This document shows, piece after piece, positions 1 to 10,082 of a stretch of 64,000 nt of DNA. Position 1 is the stretch's first letter, and each line of letters begins with the position of its first letter. Made by a program: the position numbers and the translations under genes. The notes beneath the pieces are model-generated. The model had not been told where the DNA came from, made no database searches, and was given only the letters and a program-made list of their open reading frames with translations. Source of the stretch: a virus; IMG/VR virus record IMGVR_UViG_3300029812_000326, positions 44,871 to 108,870 of that record; one strand, given 5' to 3'.

Positions 1-3000
1 TGAATATAATAATGAAAATAGAGAAATAGCTATACGTCTTCAAACTGCCAGTTGTCCTGAAAAATATGGGCATCCAATGAAAATTTTTGCATATCCATAT
101 AAAGGAATGTTAACTCCAATAGAAGGATTAAGATCGATTACTTGGGTTGATGCCGTTCTTCGTAAAGATCTTGCAAAACGCGGCAGAATGTCAGTCATGT
201 TAGGCCAAATTCAAAGATTGACTAGGAATTTCCAAACCATTCATTCGAAATTAACTCCATCCCAAACATTTCAATTTTTTGAAACAGTTAAAATTTTTGT
301 GAATAAAATAAATTCAATGGGTGGTATTAAATTAGATTGGCAAGTCAATAAAGGTAAACTTCAATTTATAGACGAAATAACGGGAAAAGAATGGCAAAAA
401 TTGGATCTCGGAAAAATTGAAAAAAATTGGTTACAATTTTCCGAAGGCGAATGGGTTAGATTTATGAAAGAATATTCCCAAAAAATCCGACATATGATGA
501 TTTCATTTGGGATTAAATATTCCAGACATGATCCTCGCTTGCCTTATTGGACTCAAGGTCAACTTGAATCGATGCTATCAACTGAATGGGGTAGACGATA
601 TCCTAAAAAACTAGCATTTGCTGATTTGTCCCGAGCTGAACAAAATGTATTTCGGGAAAAAATAGAAGTAGAAATGCACGAACAATTATCAAAAAGTGAA
701 TTCTCCAAATTTTTTACAAAAGCAGAATTAGAACGTTGGAAATCCGGAACTTTAATGGAAGGCCATCTTTCTTTGATTCAACTATTCGGCGGTTCTTGGG
801 GAATATTAGAAGTTACTCCGGCATCTAGAGCATATGAAGCCGGAGAATTATATGCTAAAGGTGCCGATATAAAAATCCCCAGCTTGGATGAATTAGTTGT
901 GTCCGGACCAATAGCTCAAAGAATTGCTCGCACATTCACTGGCGAACAGCGCGATATGATGAATTATATGTCAAACATCCAGCCCCTTTTGAGATATGGA
1001 ATCTTGCCTGAATCTCATTATCCAATTATAAAAGCCTCAGAAATAAATCTTGATCCTATGACAACTCATTTAGGATTTAAAGAGGAAATTGGAATCATAG
1101 AAGATAAATCTTTCAGAATTAAATGCGTTGAAACTGGGGAAATTTTTAATTCTTTGGAAGAAGTTCCAGACCGCTATTTGAAGCAATATACATTAAGACC
1201 CATGGGTATGAATGCATATATGCACCCAAAAACCTTGGAATCGATGTATGGACAACAACCAACTATAGTTGAATTCAATATAGGGAAAAAGAAGGTTTAC
1301 CTTCCCAGACCGGCATTATCATTTATCAGAGGTGCGCCCGCCAGAGTCACGAAAAGCGGAGATCCTTATACCATCATTGGAAAAGAGATTCAAACATTTA
1401 AAAATCTATTGATTGCGGCATCAGATTACGAGAAAATTAAAGGGGACGAAGCAAAAGCCGCATTTGAAAGAAAGTTCTTTTCACGGGCTGAAGACTATAA
1501 AAATATGATATTAACGGATAAAAATGCATATATAAAAATGACCAAACCAACGATTCCTGGAGTTCAAGGAAAGATTTCCATGGCATTTGCCCCCGGAATG
1601 GCTAAAGCGTTGGGATTGCCGCAAGATATGTTTAGCCATATAACTACAGGATTTGGGATACAGGGAGTATCTGTAAAGTCGATGGGCGAAGAATATTTTA
1701 ATAAAGCCATGGATGTCCATCAAATAAAGGAAGGATCGAATGTTGGAAAATATAGAGGCGCCACAGGAATGGTTTATCCGAATAAAATGGCGTTTAGGGA
1801 AGCTCTTATTGAAGGTGAAGAATTACTTGCGGGAACTATTATCAGAACCCCCGCAGAAAACCGATTCGCATTTTTTGATACATTGATCACTGTTAAAAAA
1901 GATCAAGCAGCTGGAATGCGCCTCCAACTTAGAGAAGCATTAGCAACCCACTGTGATTATGATGGGGATATAGGGCGCCTAGTATTTGCCGAGTTTTCTC
2001 CCCAGGAGCAGGAGCAAGCTTTGAAAGATCTCATAAATAAGCAACACGTTGATAGAAAAGCACATGCAACATTAGCTGAAAGGATCAAAAAGCTTCAAGC
2101 AAATGTGCTTGAATATGAAACCGGCAAAGACGTCGCAACCAAAAAACAGATTGTCAAGGAAATTGAACAAATTCAAGAACTTGAAAAAACAATGAACGTT
2201 AATGTCTATGGTCAAGGTATTTGGGTAAGGGAAGCTAAACCAAAAGCGATTCCAAAAGAAATTAAATTAGGAATTGGCGATGAAATGAGATTTCGAAAAA
2301 TGAATTTGCATCAGTTTATGAAAGAATTGCCATCTATTGATCTTCCCGAAAGATTGATCAAATTACCGGGTGAAGAATTGGAACAACATCTTTCCAATAT
2401 GCTTACGAAAACTGCTACAGCCTACTCGTATAGAAAAGCAATGACCATGAGATCAGCAACTAAGCTATTTGGTGGAAAATTAACTGAACAATATTTGGAC
2501 TTATATAATGAATTGGCCGGAAAAGTTACTGCATTCAAAAAAGTTCCATATGAAAAAGCTGAGCAAATAACTAGAGCTCTATTGGAACCAGAAGCTGCAG
2601 AATCGAAAAAAATTATGGGAGAAGTATTAAATAGGGATGCGGAAGAACTTTGGCCACAATTTAAAGAATGGCATTCTGCACTAAATCGTGCCATGATGAG
2701 AAAGGAAGTTAATGAATTAATCAGTTCTGGAATGAAACGCGCCCCTATTACGGGTGGACAGTTGGCATTATGGGGTCCAAGTGCAGAAATCCCTGCTGCA
2801 GGAAAGACTCGCGCAATTTTAGACTTTTGGGGTAAAGAAAAGTTTCTTGATAGCTTTAAACGTCAAGGGAAAAAAGGCGGCATTGCAATTGCGTTGGCCG
2901 CGCTTGTCGCTCCGATTTTCCTGTCGCACGATAATATATATGATAAAAAAGGATATCCAATAATTCCAACGAATTTCAACGTTGCTCAGCCAATATTCCC

Positions 3001-3160
3001 AGCCCCTATTCACATAATACCAAACGATCCACCATCGCATCCTATAAGAACATTTAAACCTCAGATTATTGATCCTTTGCTTATTAATTTTGGTTCTGAC
3101 AACAACTTAACAACAAGAAGGAATAGTGGCCAATATCCAAATGAATTGAGAAATTACTAG
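1..3160 (+). CDS. 5'-truncated giant protein containing a single-chain two-barrel (DPBB) RNA polymerase; probable virion RNAP
   Basis: The frame is open from base 2 (EYNNENREIAIRLQTASCPEKYGHPMK...), so ATG 77 is probably internal. Beta'-like motifs: IIRTP (1838-1852) and CDYDGD (DYDGD at 1955-1969). Beta-like motifs: KIFAYPYKG (cf. [12 protein letters not shown]) and VDAVL...RMSVMLGQ (cf. VDIVLNPLGVPSRMNIGQ). Confidence 0.75.
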   Translation, partial: EYNNENREIAIRLQTASCPEKYGHPMKIFAYPYKGMLTPIEGLRSITWVDAVLRKDLAKRGRMSVMLGQIQRLTRNFQTIHSKLTPSQTFQFFETVKIFVNKINSMGGIKLDWQVNKGKLQFIDEITGKEWQKLDLGKIEKNWLQFSEGEWVRFMKEYSQKIRHMMISFGIKYSRHDPRLPYWTQGQLESMLSTEWGRRYPKKLAFADLSRAEQNVFREKIEVEMHEQLSKSEFSKFFTKAELERWKSGTLMEGHLSLIQLFGGSWGILEVTPASRAYEAGELYAKGADIKIPSLDELVVSGPIAQRIARTFTGEQRDMMNYMSNIQPLLRYGILPESHYPIIKASEINLDPMTTHLGFKEEIGIIEDKSFRIKCVETGEIFNSLEEVPDRYLKQYTLRPMGMNAYMHPKTLESMYGQQPTIVEFNIGKKKVYLPRPALSFIRGAPARVTKSGDPYTIIGKEIQTFKNLLIAASDYEKIKGDEAKAAFERKFFSRAEDYKNMILTDKNAYIKMTKPTIPGVQGKISMAFAPGMAKALGLPQDMFSHITTGFGIQGVSVKSMGEEYFNKAMDVHQIKEGSNVGKYRGATGMVYPNKMAFREALIEGEELLAGTIIRTPAENRFAFFDTLITVKKDQAAGMRLQLREALATHCDYDGDIGRLVFAEFSPQEQEQALKDLINKQHVDRKAHATLAERIKKLQANVLEYETGKDVATKKQIVKEIEQIQELEKTMNVNVYGQGIWVREAKPKAIPKEIKLGIGDEMRFRKMNLHQFMKELPSIDLPERLIKLPGEELEQHLSNMLTKTATAYSYRKAMTMRSATKLFGGKLTEQYLDLYNELAGKVTAFKKVPYEKAEQITRALLEPEAAESKKIMGEVLNRDAEELWPQFKEWHSALNRAMMRKEVNELISSGMKRAPITGGQLALWGPSAEIPAAGKTRAILDFWGKEKFLDSFKRQGKKGGIAIALAALVAPIFLSHDNIYDKKGYPIIPTNFNVAQPIFPAPIHIIPNDPPSHPIRTFKPQIIDPLLINFGSDNNLTTRRNSGQYPNELRNY

Positions 3161-3162
3161 AA

Positions 3163-3175
3163 TTGAACTATAACA
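3163..3175 (+). promoter_or_regulatory. Copy 1 of the intergenic 13-mer TTGAACTATAACA, candidate phage promoter
   Basis: Exact copies at 3163, 17851 and 54123 (+) and 54066-54078 (-), each upstream of and co-oriented with a gene. Here TTGAGA (3146) lies 17 bp before TATAAC. Confidence 0.6.
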
Positions 3176-3194
3176 ATATTGAGATGATACATAG

Positions 3195-3428
3195 AAAAAC
3201 AAAAGGAAAAGAAATCATAGGAGAATAAATATTTTTTATCGTATACAAATTTCGGGGAAATTTACTAAACCCATTAATATTCAAGGACTTGAAAACAACC
3301 TCGAATCCTTATTTAAAAATCTAACTGGAGAAAATGTAACCATTTTTAATAACAGTTCTCCAACTCCTAAAAGAGATTGGAAAAATCCATCTTCCGTCGG
3401 GATACAATTGAATCCTTTAAGGAAATAA
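3195..3428 (+). CDS. Unannotated small ORF (~66-80 aa, ...IFYRIQISGKFTKPINIQGLENNLESLFKNLTGENVTIFNNS...), start uncertain
   Basis: Stop-free for 77 codons and protein-like. AGGAG at 3219 precedes ATT at 3231. Ends TAA-ATT-ATG, the same junction as many real genes here. Confidence 0.45.
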   Translation, partial: KNKRKRNHRRINIFYRIQISGKFTKPINIQGLENNLESLFKNLTGENVTIFNNSSPTPKRDWKNPSSVGIQLNPLRK

Positions 3429-3431
3429 ATT

Positions 3432-3935
3432 ATGCCATATAAAGATCCAAAAAAACGAAAAGAATATCAGTAGGAATATTTACAAAAGAATAAAGAAAAA
3501 TTAAAAATTCGCAGGCAGAAATATTATCAAGAAAATAAAGAAAAAATTAAAAAATATCTTCAAGAACATAAGGAAAGTGTTAAAAAACTTAAATTGAAAT
3601 ATATACGAAATCATCCGCATCGTGTTTGGGCAACGCATACCTTTAATGGTCATAAACACCGAAGATTTATAATTAATATTTCTATCGACGAACTTGAAGA
3701 AATTGCTAAAAATATAACTCATTGCCCTATATGTAATAGTGAATTCAAATGGAAACAAGAAAAACAATGTGATAATACACCATCTTTGGATCGGATTAAT
3801 AATGGAAATAATATTGATAAAAATTCAGTTTGGATCATATGCAGTAAATGTAATCGAACAAAATCGAATAGGACTCTTAAAGAATTTATAAATTACTGTG
3901 AATTGGTTTCGAAAAAGGACTTTAATATCGAATAA
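3432..3935 (+). pseudogene. HNH endonuclease (family B, 'PSLDRINN') interrupted by an in-frame TAG at 3471
   Basis: ATG 3432 gives MPYKDPKKRKEYQ*EYLQKNKEK..., in frame with the 3594-3935 ORF. CPIC...PSLDRINN...CSKCN motifs present. Confidence 0.75.
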
Positions 3936-3937
3936 TT

Positions 3938-6900
3938 ATGAAAGTATATAATCCAATAGAGTGGAATATTGGTGTGCATGGTGGCTATGATAACCCCGAT
4001 GATGCTAGAAATATAGTGCAGCCTCTTTTTGATTTATTGAATTATTTAAATCGATGGTGTCAAGACCAGGGAATGAATCATATTATTATTACTTCTGGAA
4101 GACGGGAGGCAAAGTATAATGCTAGCATTGGAGGAAGCCCAACAAGCTATCATTTGACTGGGCATGCGGCAGATATTGCCATAATCGGGCGCTATAATAG
4201 ATGGGAACAAACTATGATTTACAATTGGTTGCACACTGTATTTGCTGATCAACTTGCTCAAGTTTTATATCATGGTACTGGAGGTAATTATCATTTACAT
4301 ATAGGAATTCGGAAAGGATCTGAAGGCATGGGGCCACTTTTGGAAACTGAAAGCAAAAGTGAAGGAATTATTGAAGAAAAAAAGCCCGGAACCAATTCTT
4401 GCAACATTATGAATGATAATATTATGGGATATAATGAAACAATTGCGACTCAGATACCGCTTGATATTTATAAAACGAGCTATGAATTACTTCAGGATGT
4501 TACTGAAGAAGAAAAAATTGATCCGTTGATTGCATTAGCTCAAAAACCAGGATCATTTAAATTTGGCGCATGTTGGCTAACCGTGCCTCCAACATCAATT
4601 GCTTTTACAGAACAAAACAATATTGTTGGAATTCCAACCCTTCGTACTAAAGGCAATGTATATTGGAGAACTGGCATCAATTCAATAAACATGGACCTTG
4701 AATTTTTGTTTCCAGGATTGATTCAAATTAATGACGAATTGAGACATATAATTGCTCAAATTAAAAGATGCCCATTTTTACCTTTCGAAAATTATTATTT
4801 GCATTCATTGATATTTCCGGAATTAAAATCTGCTAAGCCTCAACCTGATATCCCATATGAATTTACCACGGAAGAAAAAACGCAACATGAAAAACAAACT
4901 GGCACTCAGGATAGACTTCAACAGCAGCAATGGCGATTGAAAAACAAAAAGATTATGGATATAGTCAAATCCGGAGATGAAAAAAGCCTGAAAGAATTTA
5001 TTGAAAAAGGTAAAAAATATGGATATTTTATTCAAGACGCGGAATCTCAAGAAGATAGACGCGAAAGAACTGAACAGCTTGAAAAGCTTTATGAATGGAT
5101 GGGAAAATATAGACATATTGATGTGGATGATACTAGTGGATTAAGCTACCGAGATCAACAAATGGTAGCGGCAATACGATCAATATCGATTACATCTGTG
5201 CCCGGATTTCCCAAAACTCTTCAAATGAATTGTTCCTGTGATATTTTTAATTATTTTCCTTATACTTCTGCGTTTAGTTTCATAGAAAATGAAACAAAAA
5301 ACGAAGTTCCGGTTTTCAATATTTCCAAAAGTGCACTGTTTGGAAAATATTATAAAGGAATGCTCACTAGAAATAATGCCCAAGAATTTAAAGATGCATT
5401 TGAATCCACAACAAAATTGGAAGCCATTGGATCTGATGAACGTATGGATTATTTGCATCTGAGATATATTTATTCTAAAGAATCGAAAAACCGAGCAATA
5501 TTAGCTCAAAGAGCTATATTGGAATATATACAAGCGATCAAAGATTTTGGAGAAAGCTATGAAGCAGCGCCAGCTGCAGAATTATATCAAAATCTTTTCA
5601 TATTTCTTACGCATCCCAATTTTGGAGGTTGGCAAAATCTATTTGATGCGCCTGGAAACGTAATAGATGCCATAAAAGAATTGGGAAAAGATGCAGTAAT
5701 CGCAGGAAAAAGTATTATTGCTGTGGTGAAATTTTATCAAGATTCTTTTGGGGAATATTTACTTGGCATAAATGCAAATAATGAAATATATGTCATAGGT
5801 AATAGGAAAGGGCGGGAATATTTCCTTCCACTTAAAGATGCAATTAAAAATCCGGAATATCGGACAAGATTATTATTTTATATTAAAGATTATTCAGTTA
5901 AAATCCGATCGTTACAATATAATCAGCGGGATTTGAAACTTGGAGATCAGAATTCTCAAATAGTTGGAATTTCAGCATCAATGGAAACAAAACTTGTGCC
6001 AATGAATATATTAGCATTTACGAAACCAACTTTCCAACATCTTGGAAATTCAGAATGGGTTGTTACATTAACGGTTGAAACATCAGATCCAAATTTAATA
6101 AGAGATTTTCGCATGATGACTGAACGGCTCAATCAAACCGCCTTATCACAAATTGCAGTGTTACCGGAAATTCGGGATTATGCGGATCTTTCTGCGCAAA
6201 TTGTTGAAGGACCATTTTTTAAACTTTTAGGAATAGAAAATATAATTCCTGGTAATTTCAGATATTCTACCGTGGAAGGAAAACCCGGCATATTCCATAT
6301 TCAAATCGATTTTGTACAATCCGATTTAGAATTGAAAACATATGAAGCACTTCAAGCTCCTGCATATTTTCCGTCTGATTTTATCAAATCATTCATTAAA
6401 TTAATCCCAGTGTTATTGCTTGAAAATATTTCTTCTAAACTTGAAGCTGATTGGAATAATTATCACATTATTCATAAATATAAAATTGGAATGCAGCTTT
6501 TGCATCAAACATTAGAAAATTATCCGAAATGGTCAAAATTTCTATTTTATTTATGTAAACCAATTCCAAAATCTTTATGTTCAGAATCAATTCCAGTCTA
6601 TAAATTTATTCTTAATGACATAAGTTCCGAATTAATTGCAAAAAAGCAACAAAAAGATTTATTTAAATGGGATTGGAAAGATATCCTTATGTACGCCGGT
6701 GCATATTTTACTGCAAGATTGGGGGCGGGACCGGGTCCAGTTGGTGATGTAAGAGCCCATTCAGGTGCGATGGCAGCAAAATTTACATTTACGAATTTAC
6801 TTAACACTACAATATTTGCGGCATATAAAGGTGCCGTTGGACGACAATTGAAAGCAACGTTGAATGAAGCCATAAATAGGGAAAATGTTCCGTCCGAATT

Positions 6901-9900
6901 AAAGATTGATTCAACAGAAAATGGACGGAAACTTCTTGAACTTATAAGAGAAAATCAAAAATATCTCCATATCAGAAATTCGACGTATCCTGATTTGGAA
7001 CTTCCAATTATCGCAGATTCTCCTGATTTTTGGTTTTTCCGAGAACCATTATATAATGATAACATTCGAGAATTTGCCGATGTAATAGTCAGTGGGCATG
7101 AAGATATAGTTCTTAAATTGGCGAAACTTAATTCTATGAATAAACAAGGAAAAGCAACTACCCAATTGGCTAAATTAGATCAAATTGCTAAAGAAGCCAA
7201 AATTAAAGAAGTTTTGGTTTCAGAAGAACTCAATAAAAATTTATTGAGCTATTTAAGAGATGCAAATGAAGATTTACAATTCAATATAGAAAGATCTAAA
7301 GATCTTAAAGAAAATGCACATCTTATGATGGAAACAAAGCGAAATAAATCTCAAGAATATTCGGGGCGCGCAGATGAATCGACATTAAGAAGCAGATTAT
7401 CAAGGATTAAACATGATATGGAATATTATAACGATTCGTTGAAAATTATAAATTTAATAGAATTAAAAAACATGGATTTCCAAACTACGGGCGATCTGTT
7501 GGATATTGCATTAGTTTTAGCAAAAAATTGGGGAATTTGTACTCCGAGGGATGCGCAACTTGAAAAACAAATGCTTCAAGATGCTATGAATCTTGATGAA
7601 AATAAAACTTTAAGATTGGGTCGGGCATTTCCAACTTTTAAATTATATTTTATAGAAAAAGATAAAGAAGAATGGTTATTGTTTGATGATTTTTATGGAT
7701 ATGGCGCAGTAAAAGAAATTCAAATAAGGAAAATTAGAAAATCTCCGATTCATACTGCGGTAGTTACATTATCAAATATCACTAATGTACTTCAGGATAT
7801 TCATGCTCCAAAGAATGAAAATATTTCTAAATCAGAAACGGCAGAAGAGCAACCAAATATTGACACTATGCTTCTTCAAGAAGGTTGTGAAATAATGATT
7901 AAGATGGGCTATGAAAATGATTCCAATAAATTGAAAGTTGTATTTCAAGGATCGATTGTAAGTATACAGCCCGGACCAGAATTGCAATTTATTGCACAAG
8001 GGTGGGGAGCAGAGCTTGGCCAGCCAATTCAAGATTTTAGTGTTGGAAAATGGAGCACAATTCGGGATTTCGGAGATATAGCGACCGCAATTTTAAATAA
8101 AGTTTCTGGATTGAGGCATTTTGGAACAACATATAATTTAGCAGAAATGTTTGATGATCTACCAAATATTCAATACAGATCTGATCGTCGAGAAACATAT
8201 GTTGGTAGATTGAAAAATTGGTCGCTTCAAGGATTGGGGCTAAATCCACTGCTTGATCATAGAGACGACAACGTTTGGTTGCCATATCATAGTCCTCCCA
8301 GCATTTGGTCGCTAGCCCATATTATAGAAGGAAAAGGATTTGCATTTGATTGGAGAGTATATAATAAAACCGCGTGGGATGCACTTGATGAGGTATTGAA
8401 ATATATGCCGGGATATATTATGAAGATTTTGCCTTATAATGAAGATAATTTGCAGTCTGCTAGATGCACATTATATATAGGCCCAAGGGATGGATATTAT
8501 ATGGCTACGGATGATTCAGAAGTTGTCAACAGGACATCGGAACATGATAAATATCAAGAAAGAAGAAATAGATGGTACATGCGCGTTAAAGGCATAAAAG
8601 CACCAACGAAACAAGAATTGATAATTAAACTTAGAAATTTTAACATAGATTATGATAGCAATACAAGTATAATTTATAAAGAATTTATAAATCAAAACAT
8701 TATTTGTCAAAATGATGAATGCAGCTTAATGAAAGCAAGTCCATTTAATCCAACAGTAGTTCAATGGAGTGGACAATTATATACCATGGAAATTCTATTT
8801 GGAGGAAACGAAATATGTCATAAAATTAATAAAGAACATTGGAAAAGACAATATTTTAATGTTTTAAATGGTTCAGGTATGACACGGGCCATCATGATAT
8901 ATGATGTTTATGACAAACTTCATTTCAAAGATTTTGAAAGAGTCTACGGTAAAGCTAGCCTCTTTGAACGAGCAACTGAAGGAGTAGAAAGATTTACTTA
9001 TGGGAAAGACGATAATCCTAAAAGGCTGGCCGGAAAACGAGGATGGAAACGAGCATGTAAAACTCATTTTATTGATAGTTATCATCACATAATTGAAAAT
9101 AATATGAAAGCTTCGCGCGAAAATATGTATAATAAGGTTCACTTAATCTATCCAAAAGGCGAACCTCAAATGGCTGCAAATGAAACGCAACTTAAAACTG
9201 GAGATTTATCTGAATTTGAAATGCTTGCAGATGACAATATAAAACCTGATATGATAAGAACGCATAAATTATTTTTTACCAATATTGACGTTGATCGAAC
9301 AAGAAATTTTATAGATTCAATTGGAAATGTTCTTAAAGGTCTTGGGCAAACGATTGGACTTAATGATCGTGGGAATTTTCCCGATATTCCACCATACGCA
9401 ATAGTAGCGAATACGATACTCGCTGAAGATTTGAAAGATATGTATGATGGAGAAATTATTATTTTGCTCGATCCAAATATTGATATTCATGATGTAGTCT
9501 ATATATACGATGATGTAAATGAAATTTATGGGCCAGTTGGAGTAAAAGAAATTTATCATTATTTCTCTATGGCACATGGAGCTTATACAGTAATTGTGCC
9601 CGATCTTATGTCATATCCCAGTAATCTAGAACAAACTGTTGAATTGGGTTATGCTTCAGCATTATATGCAGCATTAATTAAAATAGTCCTTGGTGGCATT
9701 TTAATTGGTGGAGGCGGCGCGCTTTTGGCTGGGAATTTGCTTGGACCATGGACTGGAGTAGGAGTCGCGGGATTTAGTTTGGCATTTACGTATAAACTTG
9801 CTTCTTCTATAGGTTCTGGTGGAATAAATAAACTCATGGGAAGAGAGGGTTCTGAATTCGTGCCCATATGGAGAAAGGGTGCCCCATTTCTTGCTGGAAT

Positions 9901-10072
9901 GGATGGATATAGAAAAGATGATCTTATAGTTCATTATATGGATAAAATTACTCGAATAAGTGGAACGTTTAAACAACTGAGTGCAAGCCTAATTGGATTA
10001 AGAGATAAGCCAGAAGGTACACAAATGGCATTACCAATTCTTGGATATAAAAACGAAAATTTAATTTTTTAA
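3938..10072 (+). CDS. Giant baseplate hub/tail protein with N-terminal peptidase M15 (Zn-dependent peptidoglycan peptidase) domain
   Basis: N-terminal SGxR...N...GG...SYHxxGxAAD...HxH M15A motif; 2044 aa; lies directly before spike/gp25/Baseplate-J genes; Gly-rich hydrophobic segment at the C-terminus. Confidence 0.7.
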   Translation: MKVYNPIEWNIGVHGGYDNPDDARNIVQPLFDLLNYLNRWCQDQGMNHIIITSGRREAKYNASIGGSPTSYHLTGHAADIAIIGRYNRWEQTMIYNWLHTVFADQLAQVLYHGTGGNYHLHIGIRKGSEGMGPLLETESKSEGIIEEKKPGTNSCNIMNDNIMGYNETIATQIPLDIYKTSYELLQDVTEEEKIDPLIALAQKPGSFKFGACWLTVPPTSIAFTEQNNIVGIPTLRTKGNVYWRTGINSINMDLEFLFPGLIQINDELRHIIAQIKRCPFLPFENYYLHSLIFPELKSAKPQPDIPYEFTTEEKTQHEKQTGTQDRLQQQQWRLKNKKIMDIVKSGDEKSLKEFIEKGKKYGYFIQDAESQEDRRERTEQLEKLYEWMGKYRHIDVDDTSGLSYRDQQMVAAIRSISITSVPGFPKTLQMNCSCDIFNYFPYTSAFSFIENETKNEVPVFNISKSALFGKYYKGMLTRNNAQEFKDAFESTTKLEAIGSDERMDYLHLRYIYSKESKNRAILAQRAILEYIQAIKDFGESYEAAPAAELYQNLFIFLTHPNFGGWQNLFDAPGNVIDAIKELGKDAVIAGKSIIAVVKFYQDSFGEYLLGINANNEIYVIGNRKGREYFLPLKDAIKNPEYRTRLLFYIKDYSVKIRSLQYNQRDLKLGDQNSQIVGISASMETKLVPMNILAFTKPTFQHLGNSEWVVTLTVETSDPNLIRDFRMMTERLNQTALSQIAVLPEIRDYADLSAQIVEGPFFKLLGIENIIPGNFRYSTVEGKPGIFHIQIDFVQSDLELKTYEALQAPAYFPSDFIKSFIKLIPVLLLENISSKLEADWNNYHIIHKYKIGMQLLHQTLENYPKWSKFLFYLCKPIPKSLCSESIPVYKFILNDISSELIAKKQQKDLFKWDWKDILMYAGAYFTARLGAGPGPVGDVRAHSGAMAAKFTFTNLLNTTIFAAYKGAVGRQLKATLNEAINRENVPSELKIDSTENGRKLLELIRENQKYLHIRNSTYPDLELPIIADSPDFWFFREPLYNDNIREFADVIVSGHEDIVLKLAKLNSMNKQGKATTQLAKLDQIAKEAKIKEVLVSEELNKNLLSYLRDANEDLQFNIERSKDLKENAHLMMETKRNKSQEYSGRADESTLRSRLSRIKHDMEYYNDSLKIINLIELKNMDFQTTGDLLDIALVLAKNWGICTPRDAQLEKQMLQDAMNLDENKTLRLGRAFPTFKLYFIEKDKEEWLLFDDFYGYGAVKEIQIRKIRKSPIHTAVVTLSNITNVLQDIHAPKNENISKSETAEEQPNIDTMLLQEGCEIMIKMGYENDSNKLKVVFQGSIVSIQPGPELQFIAQGWGAELGQPIQDFSVGKWSTIRDFGDIATAILNKVSGLRHFGTTYNLAEMFDDLPNIQYRSDRRETYVGRLKNWSLQGLGLNPLLDHRDDNVWLPYHSPPSIWSLAHIIEGKGFAFDWRVYNKTAWDALDEVLKYMPGYIMKILPYNEDNLQSARCTLYIGPRDGYYMATDDSEVVNRTSEHDKYQERRNRWYMRVKGIKAPTKQELIIKLRNFNIDYDSNTSIIYKEFINQNIICQNDECSLMKASPFNPTVVQWSGQLYTMEILFGGNEICHKINKEHWKRQYFNVLNGSGMTRAIMIYDVYDKLHFKDFERVYGKASLFERATEGVERFTYGKDDNPKRLAGKRGWKRACKTHFIDSYHHIIENNMKASRENMYNKVHLIYPKGEPQMAANETQLKTGDLSEFEMLADDNIKPDMIRTHKLFFTNIDVDRTRNFIDSIGNVLKGLGQTIGLNDRGNFPDIPPYAIVANTILAEDLKDMYDGEIIILLDPNIDIHDVVYIYDDVNEIYGPVGVKEIYHYFSMAHGAYTVIVPDLMSYPSNLEQTVELGYASALYAALIKIVLGGILIGGGGALLAGNLLGPWTGVGVAGFSLAFTYKLASSIGSGGINKLMGREGSEFVPIWRKGAPFLAGMDGYRKDDLIVHYMDKITRISGTFKQLSASLIGLRDKPEGTQMALPILGYKNENLIF

Positions 10073-10082
10073 AGGAGAAATT

